From: Atopobiaceae bacterium | GTDB lineage: Bacteria; Actinomycetota; Coriobacteriia; Coriobacteriales; Atopobiaceae | Length of the DNA: 64,000 nucleotides | Direction of reading: 5' to 3' | Assembly (NCBI GenBank): GCA_017510785.1 | Contig: JAFWMH010000032.1 | Coordinates: 9,763 to 73,762, forward strand | Shown here: in pieces, positions 1-8,391 of the stretch | Numbering within the stretch: the stretch's first letter is position 1 | Layout of the letters: every line of letters begins with the position of its first letter | Notes under the pieces: model-generated | Told to the model about the DNA's origin: nothing | Seen by the model: only the letters and a program-made list of their open reading frames with translations | Database searches by the model: none | Position numbers and translations under genes: made by a program

Positions 1-604
1 AGTCGAATGGTGCTTGGTTGCCCATAACGTCGGTTTCGTCGATGCCAAACGTGCCGGTGAATGCCTGCGCCCAGTCGAGCACGGAGCGATGTGAAGCCAC
101 GAAGCCCTTGGGCGTGCCCGTGCTGCCGCTGGTGAAGTTCGCGTAAAGGGGGTCGCAATCGGTGGCTTGGGTGCGTATGGCTTGCAAAACCGCATTGTCC
201 GCCTCTCCGCAGATAATATCTTCCACAAGCGCGATGGGGCATCCCAATCCATCGAACAGCTCGTGGGCACGCGCGAAGTTTGCGGCATCGGTGAGCACGG
301 CGGCGGGCTCAAGCACGGCCGTCATGCTGCGCACGCGCCCCTCGGGCTGACGCACATCAATCACCGAATAAAACCCGCCAGCATACACGGCACCAAGCAT
401 GGCCGCCCATGCGGGAACGCTCTTTTCCAAGTAGAATGCAACGGCGTTTCGCGGACGTACCCCATGGCGCGCCAGCCACGTGCCGGCCGCCTGCGCGCCA
501 TCGCACAGCTCCGTAAATGTGAGCGAACGTTCGGGGTCGGCGACGGCACACTTCGTGGGTACGCGCTCGGCAGTCGCCTCGAGCATCTGCAAAACGTTAT
601 ACAT
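1..604 (-). CDS. DltA-like adenylation enzyme (AMP-binding superfamily). Only the N-terminal ~201 aa are present; the gene continues past the left edge.
   Basis: Edge ORF, not in the track. Minus-strand ATG at 604 reads MYNVLQMLEATAERVPTKCAVADPERSLTFTELCDG...CDPLYANFTSGSTGTPKGFVASHRSVLDW...MGNQAPFD. This holds the AMP-binding core motif SGSTGxPKG and the NQAPF-FD motif typical of D-alanine--carrier protein ligases. The start overlaps the stop of the upstream gene (ATGTATAA, 8 nt). Confidence 0.8.
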   Translation of the reverse strand, partial: MYNVLQMLEATAERVPTKCAVADPERSLTFTELCDGAQAAGTWLARHGVRPRNAVAFYLEKSVPAWAAMLGAVYAGGFYSVIDVRQPEGRVRSMTAVLEPAAVLTDAANFARAHELFDGLGCPIALVEDIICGEADNAVLQAIRTQATDCDPLYANFTSGSTGTPKGFVASHRSVLDWAQAFTGTFGIDETDVMGNQAPFD

Positions 605-2207
605 CTTCCCTCGATTCCAAGTTGATGAAGTACGCCCATGCATCCTCGGGCGCCTCGCTATTGGCGGCCCGGGCGACGGCGCGAACCGTGACGTCTTGTT
701 CAGGCTTTGGCATCGTGAACTTGGGGCTTGCCGTGTAGTCGCGAACGGTAACGAAGTCCTCGGTGCCAGCCGGCGCCACGTCGAATCGATACTGAGCCTT
801 AATGTCTGGCCGCGTGATGGCGGTCGTTTTAAACCTAACCTCGTCGCCTTTCATCGTGGTTTCGCAGTAGCAAAACGCGACCTTCTCGTACGAGGCGAGG
901 TACTCGTCCCACTGGTCGTACGAATAGAGCAACTCATCGGTGTTCTCGCCAGCTTCCTTCATGGCAATCATCTTGCCAAGGGCCTGTGAGAAGCGCTCCG
1001 AGCCTCCAATGTTGAGATGCTGCGAATCGCCAAAGTCCACGTCATCCGGGCGATAAAACTCCGGCTTGGTGAGATTGAAGTCCATGTAGGTGGCGCCGTG
1101 CTTCGTTACGAGTTCCTGAAGGGACTTCATTAGCTTGTGGTACTTGTCGTTTTGATGTGACAAGTTCACGTAGCTGGGACGTGGTGCTACCACGACGTAC
1201 GCCTCGATGCCAGCTTGGGCGCATGTGTCGAGCAGCGTTTCAAGCTCGCCGGTGTTTTTGGGCAGGAATTTCGTATCGACGTCGACGGCAAGCGTGTCCT
1301 CGGTGAGGGTGTTGTAGTCAAGATAGCTGTCGTACGCGCAGTATCCTTTACCCAAATAACGCCATTGTTCGTCGTGTGTGGGTAAAATCTCAATGGGGTT
1401 GCTCGTCGTCAGGCGGTTGTGCACATTTGTGAGAATGGCATCAACGTTAAGGTCCACCATGTCGTAGCGCCATGGGAACATCCACGTGAGCGACTTGGAC
1501 TTGGGGAAGTTATCGGCGTCCAAAGCTACTCTGCCCACGTTTTGCAGCACCTCGGGAAGTGGCTCGCCAAGGGACTTGGCTTGCATAAAGGTAACCTGAC
1601 GGTCGTACTGGGGCACCGATTGCAGCGAGCTCGGACCAATGCACAGAATCACGCGCCGCACGTTGTGATCCTTGCGTGCCGTGTTGATGCATGCAAGGGA
1701 GTTCGGCAGGGTTTGTGCCATGGTCGAGAGGTTGTAGGTGTTCGACCCGAGGGCTTCGTCGAGTGCGGCGGGATTCACGCCAAACGACGCGAATGACGAT
1801 CCCACCACCAAGGTATCGATGGTTCCTTGTGGCGTGCGACGGTAGTCGTACCACGTTACTTCGTGCGTCATGCCGTAGTTCTCGAGCGCAAAGGTGAGCG
1901 CGACGTCCACAAGGACGGCGATGGCCACAAAGAAGAGGACAGCCCCTGCGCGACGAGCCCACACGGCCTTGCGCGATGGTGCGTCCGGTGGCGTTGCGGC
2001 CTCCGGGGGAGCAGCGTGCCGAGCGGTCGTGTCCTGCGGTGCGTCCGGTGGCGTTGCGGCCTTGCGCGATGGTGCGTCCGGTGGCGTTGCGGCCTTCCCG
2101 GAGGAGGTGCGAGACGCCGACGTCGCGTCCGTGGGCCCGTCCGCATCCTGCCCCCGCGCCTGCCCGCGTTCGAGGGGTTTATCACAGAATTCCTTAGAAG
2201 TTGGCAT
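597..2207 (-). CDS. Single-pass membrane protein, DltD-like/SGNH-like partner of the MBOAT (function inferred), with a Pro-rich repetitive cytoplasmic N-terminus
   Basis: 536-aa track ORF. The N-terminal ~80 aa carry KAATPPDAP(S/Q)R-type repeats. One TM follows (AGAVLFFVAIAVLVDVALTFAL), then a large ectodomain with an early VVGSSFASFG serine motif reminiscent of DltD/SGNH acyl-transfer proteins (similarity judged by eye only). The start overlaps the MBOAT stop by 14 nt and the stop overlaps the dltA-like start by 8 nt. Confidence 0.7.
   Translation of the reverse strand: MPTSKEFCDKPLERGQARGQDADGPTDATSASRTSSGKAATPPDAPSRKAATPPDAPQDTTARHAAPPEAATPPDAPSRKAVWARRAGAVLFFVAIAVLVDVALTFALENYGMTHEVTWYDYRRTPQGTIDTLVVGSSFASFGVNPAALDEALGSNTYNLSTMAQTLPNSLACINTARKDHNVRRVILCIGPSSLQSVPQYDRQVTFMQAKSLGEPLPEVLQNVGRVALDADNFPKSKSLTWMFPWRYDMVDLNVDAILTNVHNRLTTSNPIEILPTHDEQWRYLGKGYCAYDSYLDYNTLTEDTLAVDVDTKFLPKNTGELETLLDTCAQAGIEAYVVVAPRPSYVNLSHQNDKYHKLMKSLQELVTKHGATYMDFNLTKPEFYRPDDVDFGDSQHLNIGGSERFSQALGKMIAMKEAGENTDELLYSYDQWDEYLASYEKVAFCYCETTMKGDEVRFKTTAITRPDIKAQYRFDVAPAGTEDFVTVRDYTASPKFTMPKPEQDVTVRAVARAANSEAPEDAWAYFINLESREDV
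1966..2095 (-). repeat. In-frame coding repeat (25-37-nt unit, 3 copies) encoding the Pro-rich KAATPPDAP motif
   Basis: GGTGCGTCCGGTGGCGTTGCGGCCT occurs at 1978-2002, 2038-2062 and 2071-2095. Two copies extend to an identical 37-mer (1966-2002 and 2059-2095). Confidence 0.85.
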
Positions 2208-3804
2208 ACATGAACGCCTCCTCCTGTCCGAGGCTAAAGCTCAACGAGAATGCAAACAGGATCCCGCACGCAAGGTAAACCGCCATGCGAACGGGGAGGC
2301 GCAGGCCAAGTATTTCGGCGCGCACGTCGTGGCCTCGCTCGTAGCGCAAACTAATCACGAACACGACGGCCAAGGCAACAAGCGCGACCCACTCAAAGCC
2401 AAACGTTTGAGGCGAGGTAACGCCAAGTGCTTCGAGGTCGGGCCGAATGTCGCGCAGCGTGAGGTTGCACACGGTTGCCTTGAGGCACGCAAGCCCGACG
2501 GCCACGCTGGTAATGCAGTCGAAGTAGCGTCCAACGGCCACGACGGCGAACGTGCGAGCTGTGGCGAAGATGCGATACCCGAGCGTTTCGCGCTTTATGC
2601 GCAGGGCAATAGCGAGCCGGTTGAAGGAAGGAGCGAGCAAATCGGCGAGCGCAATAATAAAACCGTTATATAAACCCCATGCAATAAAGTGCAGTTCTGC
2701 GCCATGCCAAAGGCCCACGACGAAAAATACCACGATGTTTGCCACGCAAGCCGAGACGGTACGGCCAATTTGCTTGTCGAGCATCTTCGTCGCCTGTTTG
2801 TTCAACTTGCGCATGGGTGCCGAGACCGCCAGTGGATAAAACACATAGTTCTTCATCCAGTGGCCAAGCGACATGTGCCAACGACGCCAAAAGTCGGCCA
2901 GCGACGTAGAGAAGTACGGCTGTCGGAAGTTCTGCGCCATCTCGACGCCGAACAGCTCCGAAACACCTTCTACCATGTCGATGCCGCCCGAAAAGTCAGC
3001 GTACATTTGAAACGAATACAGCAGAATGCCCGTTACCACGACGGGCGATGGCGTGCTCCCGTTTGCGACGCCCATAATGGCGTTGTAGTTGCCCACGAGC
3101 ACGTTGGCAATGGCGTACTTCTTGAAGAGACCGTACGCCAGACGCAAACAACCACGACGCATGCCCACCCACGAGGGGCGACGTGTGGCGAACAGCTGAC
3201 CTGAAATCTCGGCGTATCGGTTGATGGGGCCTTGAATCACCTGCGGGAACCACGAAACAAAGAGGAAGAATCGCACGAAACTCGGCTCGGGGTCGTACTT
3301 CTCGTTGTACACCTCAAGCACGTAGCCAAGAGAGGCGAACATGTAAAACGAAATGCCCAACGGAAGAACGATGCCCAAGCTCGTGGTGGACTTCGCCAGT
3401 CCGAAGTTGAACAGAATCGTGTTCCAATACTTGAGGTATCCTAGCATGCCGAGGCACACCGCAAAGGTAGCGACAGCTACGATTCGCCGCTTCCGTAGGA
3501 ACTGCGCCTTTACGGCCTTCTTGGCGTCGCGTCCCTTCGCCTCCTTTCGCGCCAGCTTGGCCTCGCCCGAAAGGCGCGCGAGCTTTTGGGATCCCAGCCA
3601 CGTGGCCAGTGCCGTAATTATCATAAAAGACAAAAGCGGCCACGTGCCCACGACGCCATAGAACACGATGCTGCCTACGAGCAGCACGACCCATTGAAAA
3701 CGTGGCGCAAATTTGCCCGTTGCATAATACGCGACGAGCATGATGGCAACAAAGCATGCGAACTGCAGGGAGAGTATTTCCACGGTGCCCCTCACGAAAA
3801 ACAA
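2194..3804 (-). CDS. MBOAT family membrane-bound O-acyltransferase (DltB/AlgI-like)
   Basis: 536-aa polytopic ORF with the MBOAT catalytic-His region ...ADFWRRWHMSLGHWMKNYVFYPL.... The longest ORF starts at TTG 3804. GTG 3783, just after GAGGGG, is an alternative start. First gene of a translationally coupled trio. Confidence 0.9.
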   Translation of the reverse strand: MFFVRGTVEILSLQFACFVAIMLVAYYATGKFAPRFQWVVLLVGSIVFYGVVGTWPLLSFMIITALATWLGSQKLARLSGEAKLARKEAKGRDAKKAVKAQFLRKRRIVAVATFAVCLGMLGYLKYWNTILFNFGLAKSTTSLGIVLPLGISFYMFASLGYVLEVYNEKYDPEPSFVRFFLFVSWFPQVIQGPINRYAEISGQLFATRRPSWVGMRRGCLRLAYGLFKKYAIANVLVGNYNAIMGVANGSTPSPVVVTGILLYSFQMYADFSGGIDMVEGVSELFGVEMAQNFRQPYFSTSLADFWRRWHMSLGHWMKNYVFYPLAVSAPMRKLNKQATKMLDKQIGRTVSACVANIVVFFVVGLWHGAELHFIAWGLYNGFIIALADLLAPSFNRLAIALRIKRETLGYRIFATARTFAVVAVGRYFDCITSVAVGLACLKATVCNLTLRDIRPDLEALGVTSPQTFGFEWVALVALAVVFVISLRYERGHDVRAEILGLRLPVRMAVYLACGILFAFSLSFSLGQEEAFMYANF

Positions 3805-4044
3805 AGAATGCTGCGCGGCTCATTATAAAGCAACAGGGCGTGCCCCATCGGGGCCCCGCGCTTTTCACACAAGGGAAGTGTGCGTGCCGTGCCGTGGCAA
3901 GCAGCCGTGGCGAACGGCCGTGGCAAGCGTGCCGCGGTGAACACCGATTCCTTTTCGACGGCCGTTGCCCGAGTGCTGCGGGGTGTTCGCCTAACTTGGC
4001 GGTATAGTGTACCTGTATTGTGTTTCGTTCGCAAAGGAGCGACC

Positions 4045-5712
4045 ATGTCCGATTCCATTCGCAAGGTCAACGTCATCGGCCACCTCAACCCCGATACCGA
4101 TAGCATTTGCGCCGCCATCAGTTATGCCTACCTCAAGAACCAGCTCGATCAGAGCACGATTTACGAGGCGCGTCGTGCGGGCGCCGTCAACCGCGAGACT
4201 GGTTACGCACTCAAGCACTTCGGGTTTGAGGAGCCGCGTCTCATCACAAGCGTCCGCCCGCAGCTCAAGGACCTCGACCTCAAGGAGCAGGCTGGCATCG
4301 ATCCCGAGACGAGCCTCTACGTAGCGTGGAACCTCATGGCCGAGGTCGGCGCAAGCACGTTGGCCATTACCGACGCCAAGCGCAAGCTTCAGGGCGTCAT
4401 CGCCGTGCAGGACGTGGCAAGGGCGAACATGGACATCTTGGATCGCAGCTCGCTTGCCACCGCAAAAACGAACTACGTCAACATTCTCGACACGCTGGAG
4501 GCCAACATCGTGGTGGGCGATCCCAAGGGTGCCATCACGTCGGGCGAGGTGTGCGTGGGAACGACCCCGGAGGCCATGGAGGGCGTCGTGAAGCCTGGCG
4601 ACACCGTGCTCGTTACCGATCGCGTTGAGTCGCAGCGCTTCGCCCTCGAGGCGGGGGCCGCATGCCTCATCGTGTGCTGCGAGGCCGCAGTATCCGACGA
4701 AATCAAGCGTCTTGCAGCCAGCAAGGGCGCAACGATTATCGCGACGGAGTACGATACCTACGCCACGGCACGCCTCATCTCCATGTCCATCCCCGTGCGC
4801 GCCAAGATGCTCCCCACCGAGAAGGTCGAGTCGTTCTCGCTCAACACGGCCGTCGAGGAGGCTACGCGCACGATGACGCGCACCGGCCATCGCCTGTTCC
4901 CAGTTACGGACGAGGAGGGCAACTACTTTGCGCTCGTGAGCGGCACCGACATGGTCAATCCGCAAAAGAAGCGCGTCATTCTCGTCGACCATGCCGAGGT
5001 TTCGCAAATGGTCGATGGCATGGACGAAGCCGAGATTCTCGAGGTCATCGACCACCACCGTGTGGGCACGCTCGAGACGCCTGGCCCCATTTTCTATCGT
5101 CTCCAGCCGGTTGGCTGCACGTGCACCATCGTGTACGAGATGTTCCAAGAGAATGGCATCGAGATTCCGTCCAACATTGCCGGCCTCATGATGAGCGCCA
5201 TCCTTTCCGATACGCTGTGCTTCCGTTCGCCCACCTGCACACCGCGCGACGTTTACGTGGGCAAGGAACTTGCCAAGATTTGTGGCGAGGATCCCGATGT
5301 GTACAGCGATGCCATGTTCGACGCCGGCGCCGACCTTGAGGGTCGTACGGCGGAAGAGGTCTTCAACTCCGACTTCAAGGTGTTCAGCCGCGGCAACGTG
5401 AGCTTCGGCGTGGGCCAGGGCTCGTACATGACGGAGAACAGCCGCAAAGCCGGCGAGGAACTCCTCGCGCCGTACTTTGCCGATGCGGCGAAGGTCAAGG
5501 ACGTCCCGATGATCTTCTACATGTTCACAGACATCAAGAGCCAAACCACCGAGATGCTCTACTGGGGCAACGGTGCCGAGCGCCTGTGCGCCCGCGCGTT
5601 TAACTGCGAGGCGAAGGACGGCATGGCCGTGCTGCCTGGCGTCGTGAGCCGCAAGAAGCAGGTTATTCCTGCCATGATGAACACCCTCGCCAAGCTCGAG
5701 ATTGAGGAGTAA
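4045..5712 (+). CDS. CBS-domain-containing family II (DHH/DHHA2) inorganic pyrophosphatase, paralog 1
   Basis: Track ORF 3880..5712 trimmed to ATG 4045 (AAAGGAG upstream). Reads MSDSIRKVNVIGHLNPDTDSICAAISYAYL (DHH motifs I-II), a central CBS pair plus a DRTGG-like insert (GDTVLVTDRVESQRFALEAGAACLIV), VIDHHRVG (motif III), and a DHHA2-type C-terminus (SAILSDTLCFRSPTCT...FGVGQ). Confidence 0.9.
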   Translation: MSDSIRKVNVIGHLNPDTDSICAAISYAYLKNQLDQSTIYEARRAGAVNRETGYALKHFGFEEPRLITSVRPQLKDLDLKEQAGIDPETSLYVAWNLMAEVGASTLAITDAKRKLQGVIAVQDVARANMDILDRSSLATAKTNYVNILDTLEANIVVGDPKGAITSGEVCVGTTPEAMEGVVKPGDTVLVTDRVESQRFALEAGAACLIVCCEAAVSDEIKRLAASKGATIIATEYDTYATARLISMSIPVRAKMLPTEKVESFSLNTAVEEATRTMTRTGHRLFPVTDEEGNYFALVSGTDMVNPQKKRVILVDHAEVSQMVDGMDEAEILEVIDHHRVGTLETPGPIFYRLQPVGCTCTIVYEMFQENGIEIPSNIAGLMMSAILSDTLCFRSPTCTPRDVYVGKELAKICGEDPDVYSDAMFDAGADLEGRTAEEVFNSDFKVFSRGNVSFGVGQGSYMTENSRKAGEELLAPYFADAAKVKDVPMIFYMFTDIKSQTTEMLYWGNGAERLCARAFNCEAKDGMAVLPGVVSRKKQVIPAMMNTLAKLEIEE

Positions 5713-5746
5713 CGGCTCGCACGAAATGTGCCACGAAGGGCAGCTT

Positions 5747-5866
5747 CTAAAGAAGCGTCAAATCAGAAAGCGGCCCGGAGAAGCGCCGCGCGCAGTTCCG
5801 CAGGAACGAGGACTGCAAGAGCCGCCGCTCTCCGGGCCACTTACGGGACATTTGACTAATCTTTAG
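5747..5866 (-). repeat. Element A, copy 1: ~120-nt palindromic MITE/REP-like intergenic repeat, inverted relative to copy 2
   Basis: The reverse complement of 5747-5866 aligns along its full length (~80% identity by eye) with 11619-11740. Terminal inverted repeats are CTAAAGAnnnGTCAAAT. There is an inner stem GTGGCCCGGAG/CTCCGGGCCAC and an apical GTTCC-TGC-GGAAC hairpin. It lies between convergent genes. Confidence 0.75.
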
Positions 5867-5891
5867 TGGCGGGACTTTGCGGGGAGGCGTG

Positions 5892-6243
5892 CTAGAAGTC
5901 CCATTCATCCTCCGTGCTCTCGGATTCCTCGAATACGAACTCCTGGAAGATAAGATCGTAATGGGGCAGGGCGAACCGTAAAACACCTCGTTCCGCAACC
6001 TTAATAATCTGTGTGTTGAGTGCCGCAGAGCGTACGGGTGGGAGTTCTTGGGCGGTTTTATCTAACGCTTTATTGATGTAGAAGAGATGTTTTGCCGCTT
6101 CCGCGCGTCCCGGTAAGGAAGAAGAATCGATACGCAGAGTTAGGCGTATCGACTGCCCTCTCATAGCGTTCGATGTAACTACTGCGTCCAAAAAACGAGC
6201 TGGGTGGAGTCGCAAAGGAAGGCGAAAACGGATTGGGACTCAT
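5892..6243 (-). pseudogene. Remnant of an AAA/ATPase_2-type ATP-binding protein gene (frameshifted and 3'-truncated)
   Basis: ATG 6243 (GAAGGAG RBS) gives MSPNPFSPSFATPPSSFFGRSSYIERYERAVDTPNSAYRFFFLTGTRGSGKTSLLHQ* with a Walker A (GTRGSGKT) and stops at 6070. The overlapping 107-aa track ORF (5892..6215) continues in another frame for only ~60 more aa. Intact relatives are several hundred aa long. Confidence 0.4.
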
Positions 6244-6419
6244 GTGCACTCCTTCGTCGGTTGTAACGAAAGCGACCGCTCAAGTATATCGTTACGGTCC
6301 AAGTATACGGTTATAAAAAAGTATATCGGTGCGTCGGCGCCCTCCTAACACCCTCCGTTGAGGACGGACCGTCACTGCCGTACAATCATACTGTGATAAA
6401 ACCGAATTAGGAGGCGCAC

Positions 6420-8072
6420 ATGGCAAACCTAAACGACCTCGCGTGGTGGCAAAAGACAATAGCCTACGAGGTGTATCCCAAAAGCTTCAAGGACACACAC
6501 GGCCAGGGAACGGGCACAATAGCTGGCATTACGGAAAAGCTGGACTACTTGGCGAAGCTTGGCGTGGGTGCTCTTTGGATAACTCCGTGCTACAAGAGCC
6601 CCATGGTAGATAATGGCTACGACGTGGCCGACTACTACGCTATCGACCCCTCGTTTGGCACCATGGCCGAAATGGACGAGCTCATCGCCCGCGGTCGCGA
6701 GCGCGGCATCCGCGTGGTAATGGATTTGGTGTTTAACCACACGTCCAACCAATGCCCGTGGTTCGTCGAGTCGAGCTCCTCGCGTACGAACCCGAAGGCC
6801 GATTGGTACATCTGGCGCGACGCCAAGCCCGACGGCTCCGCACCCACTAATTGGCGCTCTATCTTTGGGGGCAGTGCGTGGGCATGGTGCGAAGAGCGCG
6901 GTCAATACTATCTGCACACCTTTGCGTCCGAGCAGCCCGACCTCAATTGGGAGAATCCCGACGTCCGGCAGGCGCTTTTCGACGTGGCGAACTTCTGGGC
7001 GAACAAGGGCGCAGGCGGGTTCCGCATCGACGCGATTACCTACATAAAAAAGCCCGCAGAGTTCGTGGATGGTCCGGTCGACGGCGCCGACGGCATGAGT
7101 GCGGTACACGCGGCGACGGCGAACACGCCGGGCATCCTCGCCTTCCTGCGCGAGTTTAAGGCAGCGGTGCGCGATGGTCGCGACATCTTTATGGTGGGGG
7201 AGGCCAATGGCGTTGCTGCCGAGGAGCTGGGCGACTGGGTGGGCGAGCAGGGCGTGTTCGACATGCTCTTCGAGTTTAATCACATGCTCATCCCCATGCA
7301 CAAGTCGGAGGTGTGGTGCCGCAAGGTGGAGTGGACGCTTACCGACCTCAAGCGCGTGCTCGCGGCGAGCCAGCGGGCTACGGCTCTAAACGGCTGGTAT
7401 CCGATGTTCTGGGAGAACCATGACCAACCGCGATCCACGGTGAACTTCCTTCAGTGCGAGGGCGCGTTGGCCAAAAAGGCCAAGGCACTTGGAACGGTGC
7501 TGCTTACCATGCGTGGCACGCCGTTTATGTATCAGGGCGAGGAGCTGGGCTACGGCAACGCGTCGTGGGACTCCATCGACGAGTTCGACGACCTTTCGAC
7601 GCGCAACCAGTATGAGTTTGCCCTGCGCGAGGGCCTCGATGAGGTGGGTGCGCTTGCTGCGTGCGTGCGCTACAGCCGCGACAACGCGCGTACGCCGATG
7701 CAATGGGACGCGAGCGAGTACGCGGGGTTCTCTACGGCTAAGCCGTGGTTGCCCGTGCACGACGACTACGCAACCTGTAATGTGGCAGTCCAGGAGGCCG
7801 ACCCCGACTCGCCGCTTTCGTGGTATCGCACGCTGGCGACGCTGCGCTCAGAGCATCCTGTACTCGTGGCGGGCGACTGGACCGAGCTCATGGCCGACGA
7901 CGAGCAGGTGCTCGCCTTCGAGCGCACCTGGGGCAACGAGCGCGCCGTAACATTTGCGAACTTATCAGATAAACCCGCGGCATACGACCCTGCCCTCGTC
8001 GAAGGCCTTACACCAATCGTTGCGACGACGCTCGGCACGCTTGCCCCGCTTGAGTCCGTCGTGTTTGTTTGA
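6420..8072 (+). CDS. GH13 alpha-glucosidase / oligo-1,6-glucosidase
   Basis: 550 aa with an AGGAGG RBS. GH13 conserved regions are present: DLVFNHTS, GGFRIDAITYIKK, FMVGEANG, FWENHDQPR. The N-terminus WWQKTIAYEVYPKSFKD is typical of the oligo-1,6-glucosidase subfamily. Confidence 0.92.
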   Translation: MANLNDLAWWQKTIAYEVYPKSFKDTHGQGTGTIAGITEKLDYLAKLGVGALWITPCYKSPMVDNGYDVADYYAIDPSFGTMAEMDELIARGRERGIRVVMDLVFNHTSNQCPWFVESSSSRTNPKADWYIWRDAKPDGSAPTNWRSIFGGSAWAWCEERGQYYLHTFASEQPDLNWENPDVRQALFDVANFWANKGAGGFRIDAITYIKKPAEFVDGPVDGADGMSAVHAATANTPGILAFLREFKAAVRDGRDIFMVGEANGVAAEELGDWVGEQGVFDMLFEFNHMLIPMHKSEVWCRKVEWTLTDLKRVLAASQRATALNGWYPMFWENHDQPRSTVNFLQCEGALAKKAKALGTVLLTMRGTPFMYQGEELGYGNASWDSIDEFDDLSTRNQYEFALREGLDEVGALAACVRYSRDNARTPMQWDASEYAGFSTAKPWLPVHDDYATCNVAVQEADPDSPLSWYRTLATLRSEHPVLVAGDWTELMADDEQVLAFERTWGNERAVTFANLSDKPAAYDPALVEGLTPIVATTLGTLAPLESVVFV

Positions 8073-8099
8073 GTTTGACGGGAGCGGGAGGACGAGTTC

Positions 8100-8261
8100 A
8101 TGGCAGTGCATCAAAAGTATAAGGAGTTTATGAATTTCGTTGACTCGCTTCCACCCGCTCCGAAATGGGCGGTCGATCTTACCGACGAAGAGCTGCGAAA
8201 CATGATGGTTGACGACATGCTGGAACAATGGGAGCACTTCGAATGGGAGAATAGGGTATAG
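8100..8261 (+). CDS. Small hypothetical protein (53 aa)
   Basis: Below the track size cut-off. ATG 8100 is preceded by GGGAGG. Reads MAVHQKYKEFMNFVDSLPPAPKWAVDLTDEELRNMMVDDMLEQWEHFEWENRV*. No recognisable family. Confidence 0.35.
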   Translation: MAVHQKYKEFMNFVDSLPPAPKWAVDLTDEELRNMMVDDMLEQWEHFEWENRV

Positions 8262-8353
8262 GTCGCCCGTTCATCGATGCGAATGCACTTTTCGATACGC
8301 TAATTTCCGAGCGACCCGGCGTGCGTGACGTACGCGAAATCCCCTGAGCTAGT

Positions 8354-8384
8354 GTGGCGCTCCGCAGATTTGCGGAGCGTCGCC
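8354..8384. terminator. Hairpin between convergent genes (possible bidirectional terminator, no U-tract)
   Basis: CGCTCCGCA (8358-8366) pairs with TGCGGAGCG (8371-8379) around a GATT loop, and flanking G-C/G-U pairs extend the stem. It sits between the 53-aa ORF (+) and the maa-like gene (-). Confidence 0.3.
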
Positions 8385-8391
8385 TTGGTAC

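Noticed and set aside
3880-4044. N-terminal extensions of track ORFs: 3880, 15803, 17058, 26615..27571, 30031, 30440, 36677, 37730, 58122, 60795 and 61916.
   Set aside because: The extensions start at alternative codons without an RBS, have non-protein-like composition and in places overlap upstream genes. Internal ATGs with good Shine-Dalgarno spacing match the conserved N-termini of the families.
3991-5544. Long antisense ORFs opposite well-supported genes: 3991..5544-, 6429..7301-, 9330..10754+, 10723..11601-, 11754..12944+, 12996..13862+, 14819..15556+, 25018..26250+, 30902..32206-, 32357..33496-, 34682..35707- and 62045..63964-.
   Set aside because: Each lies fully antisense to a CDS with clear family motifs. 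Their translations are Arg/Ala/Gly/His-rich with no recognisable motifs and no RBS. This is the typical open antisense frame of high-GC DNA.
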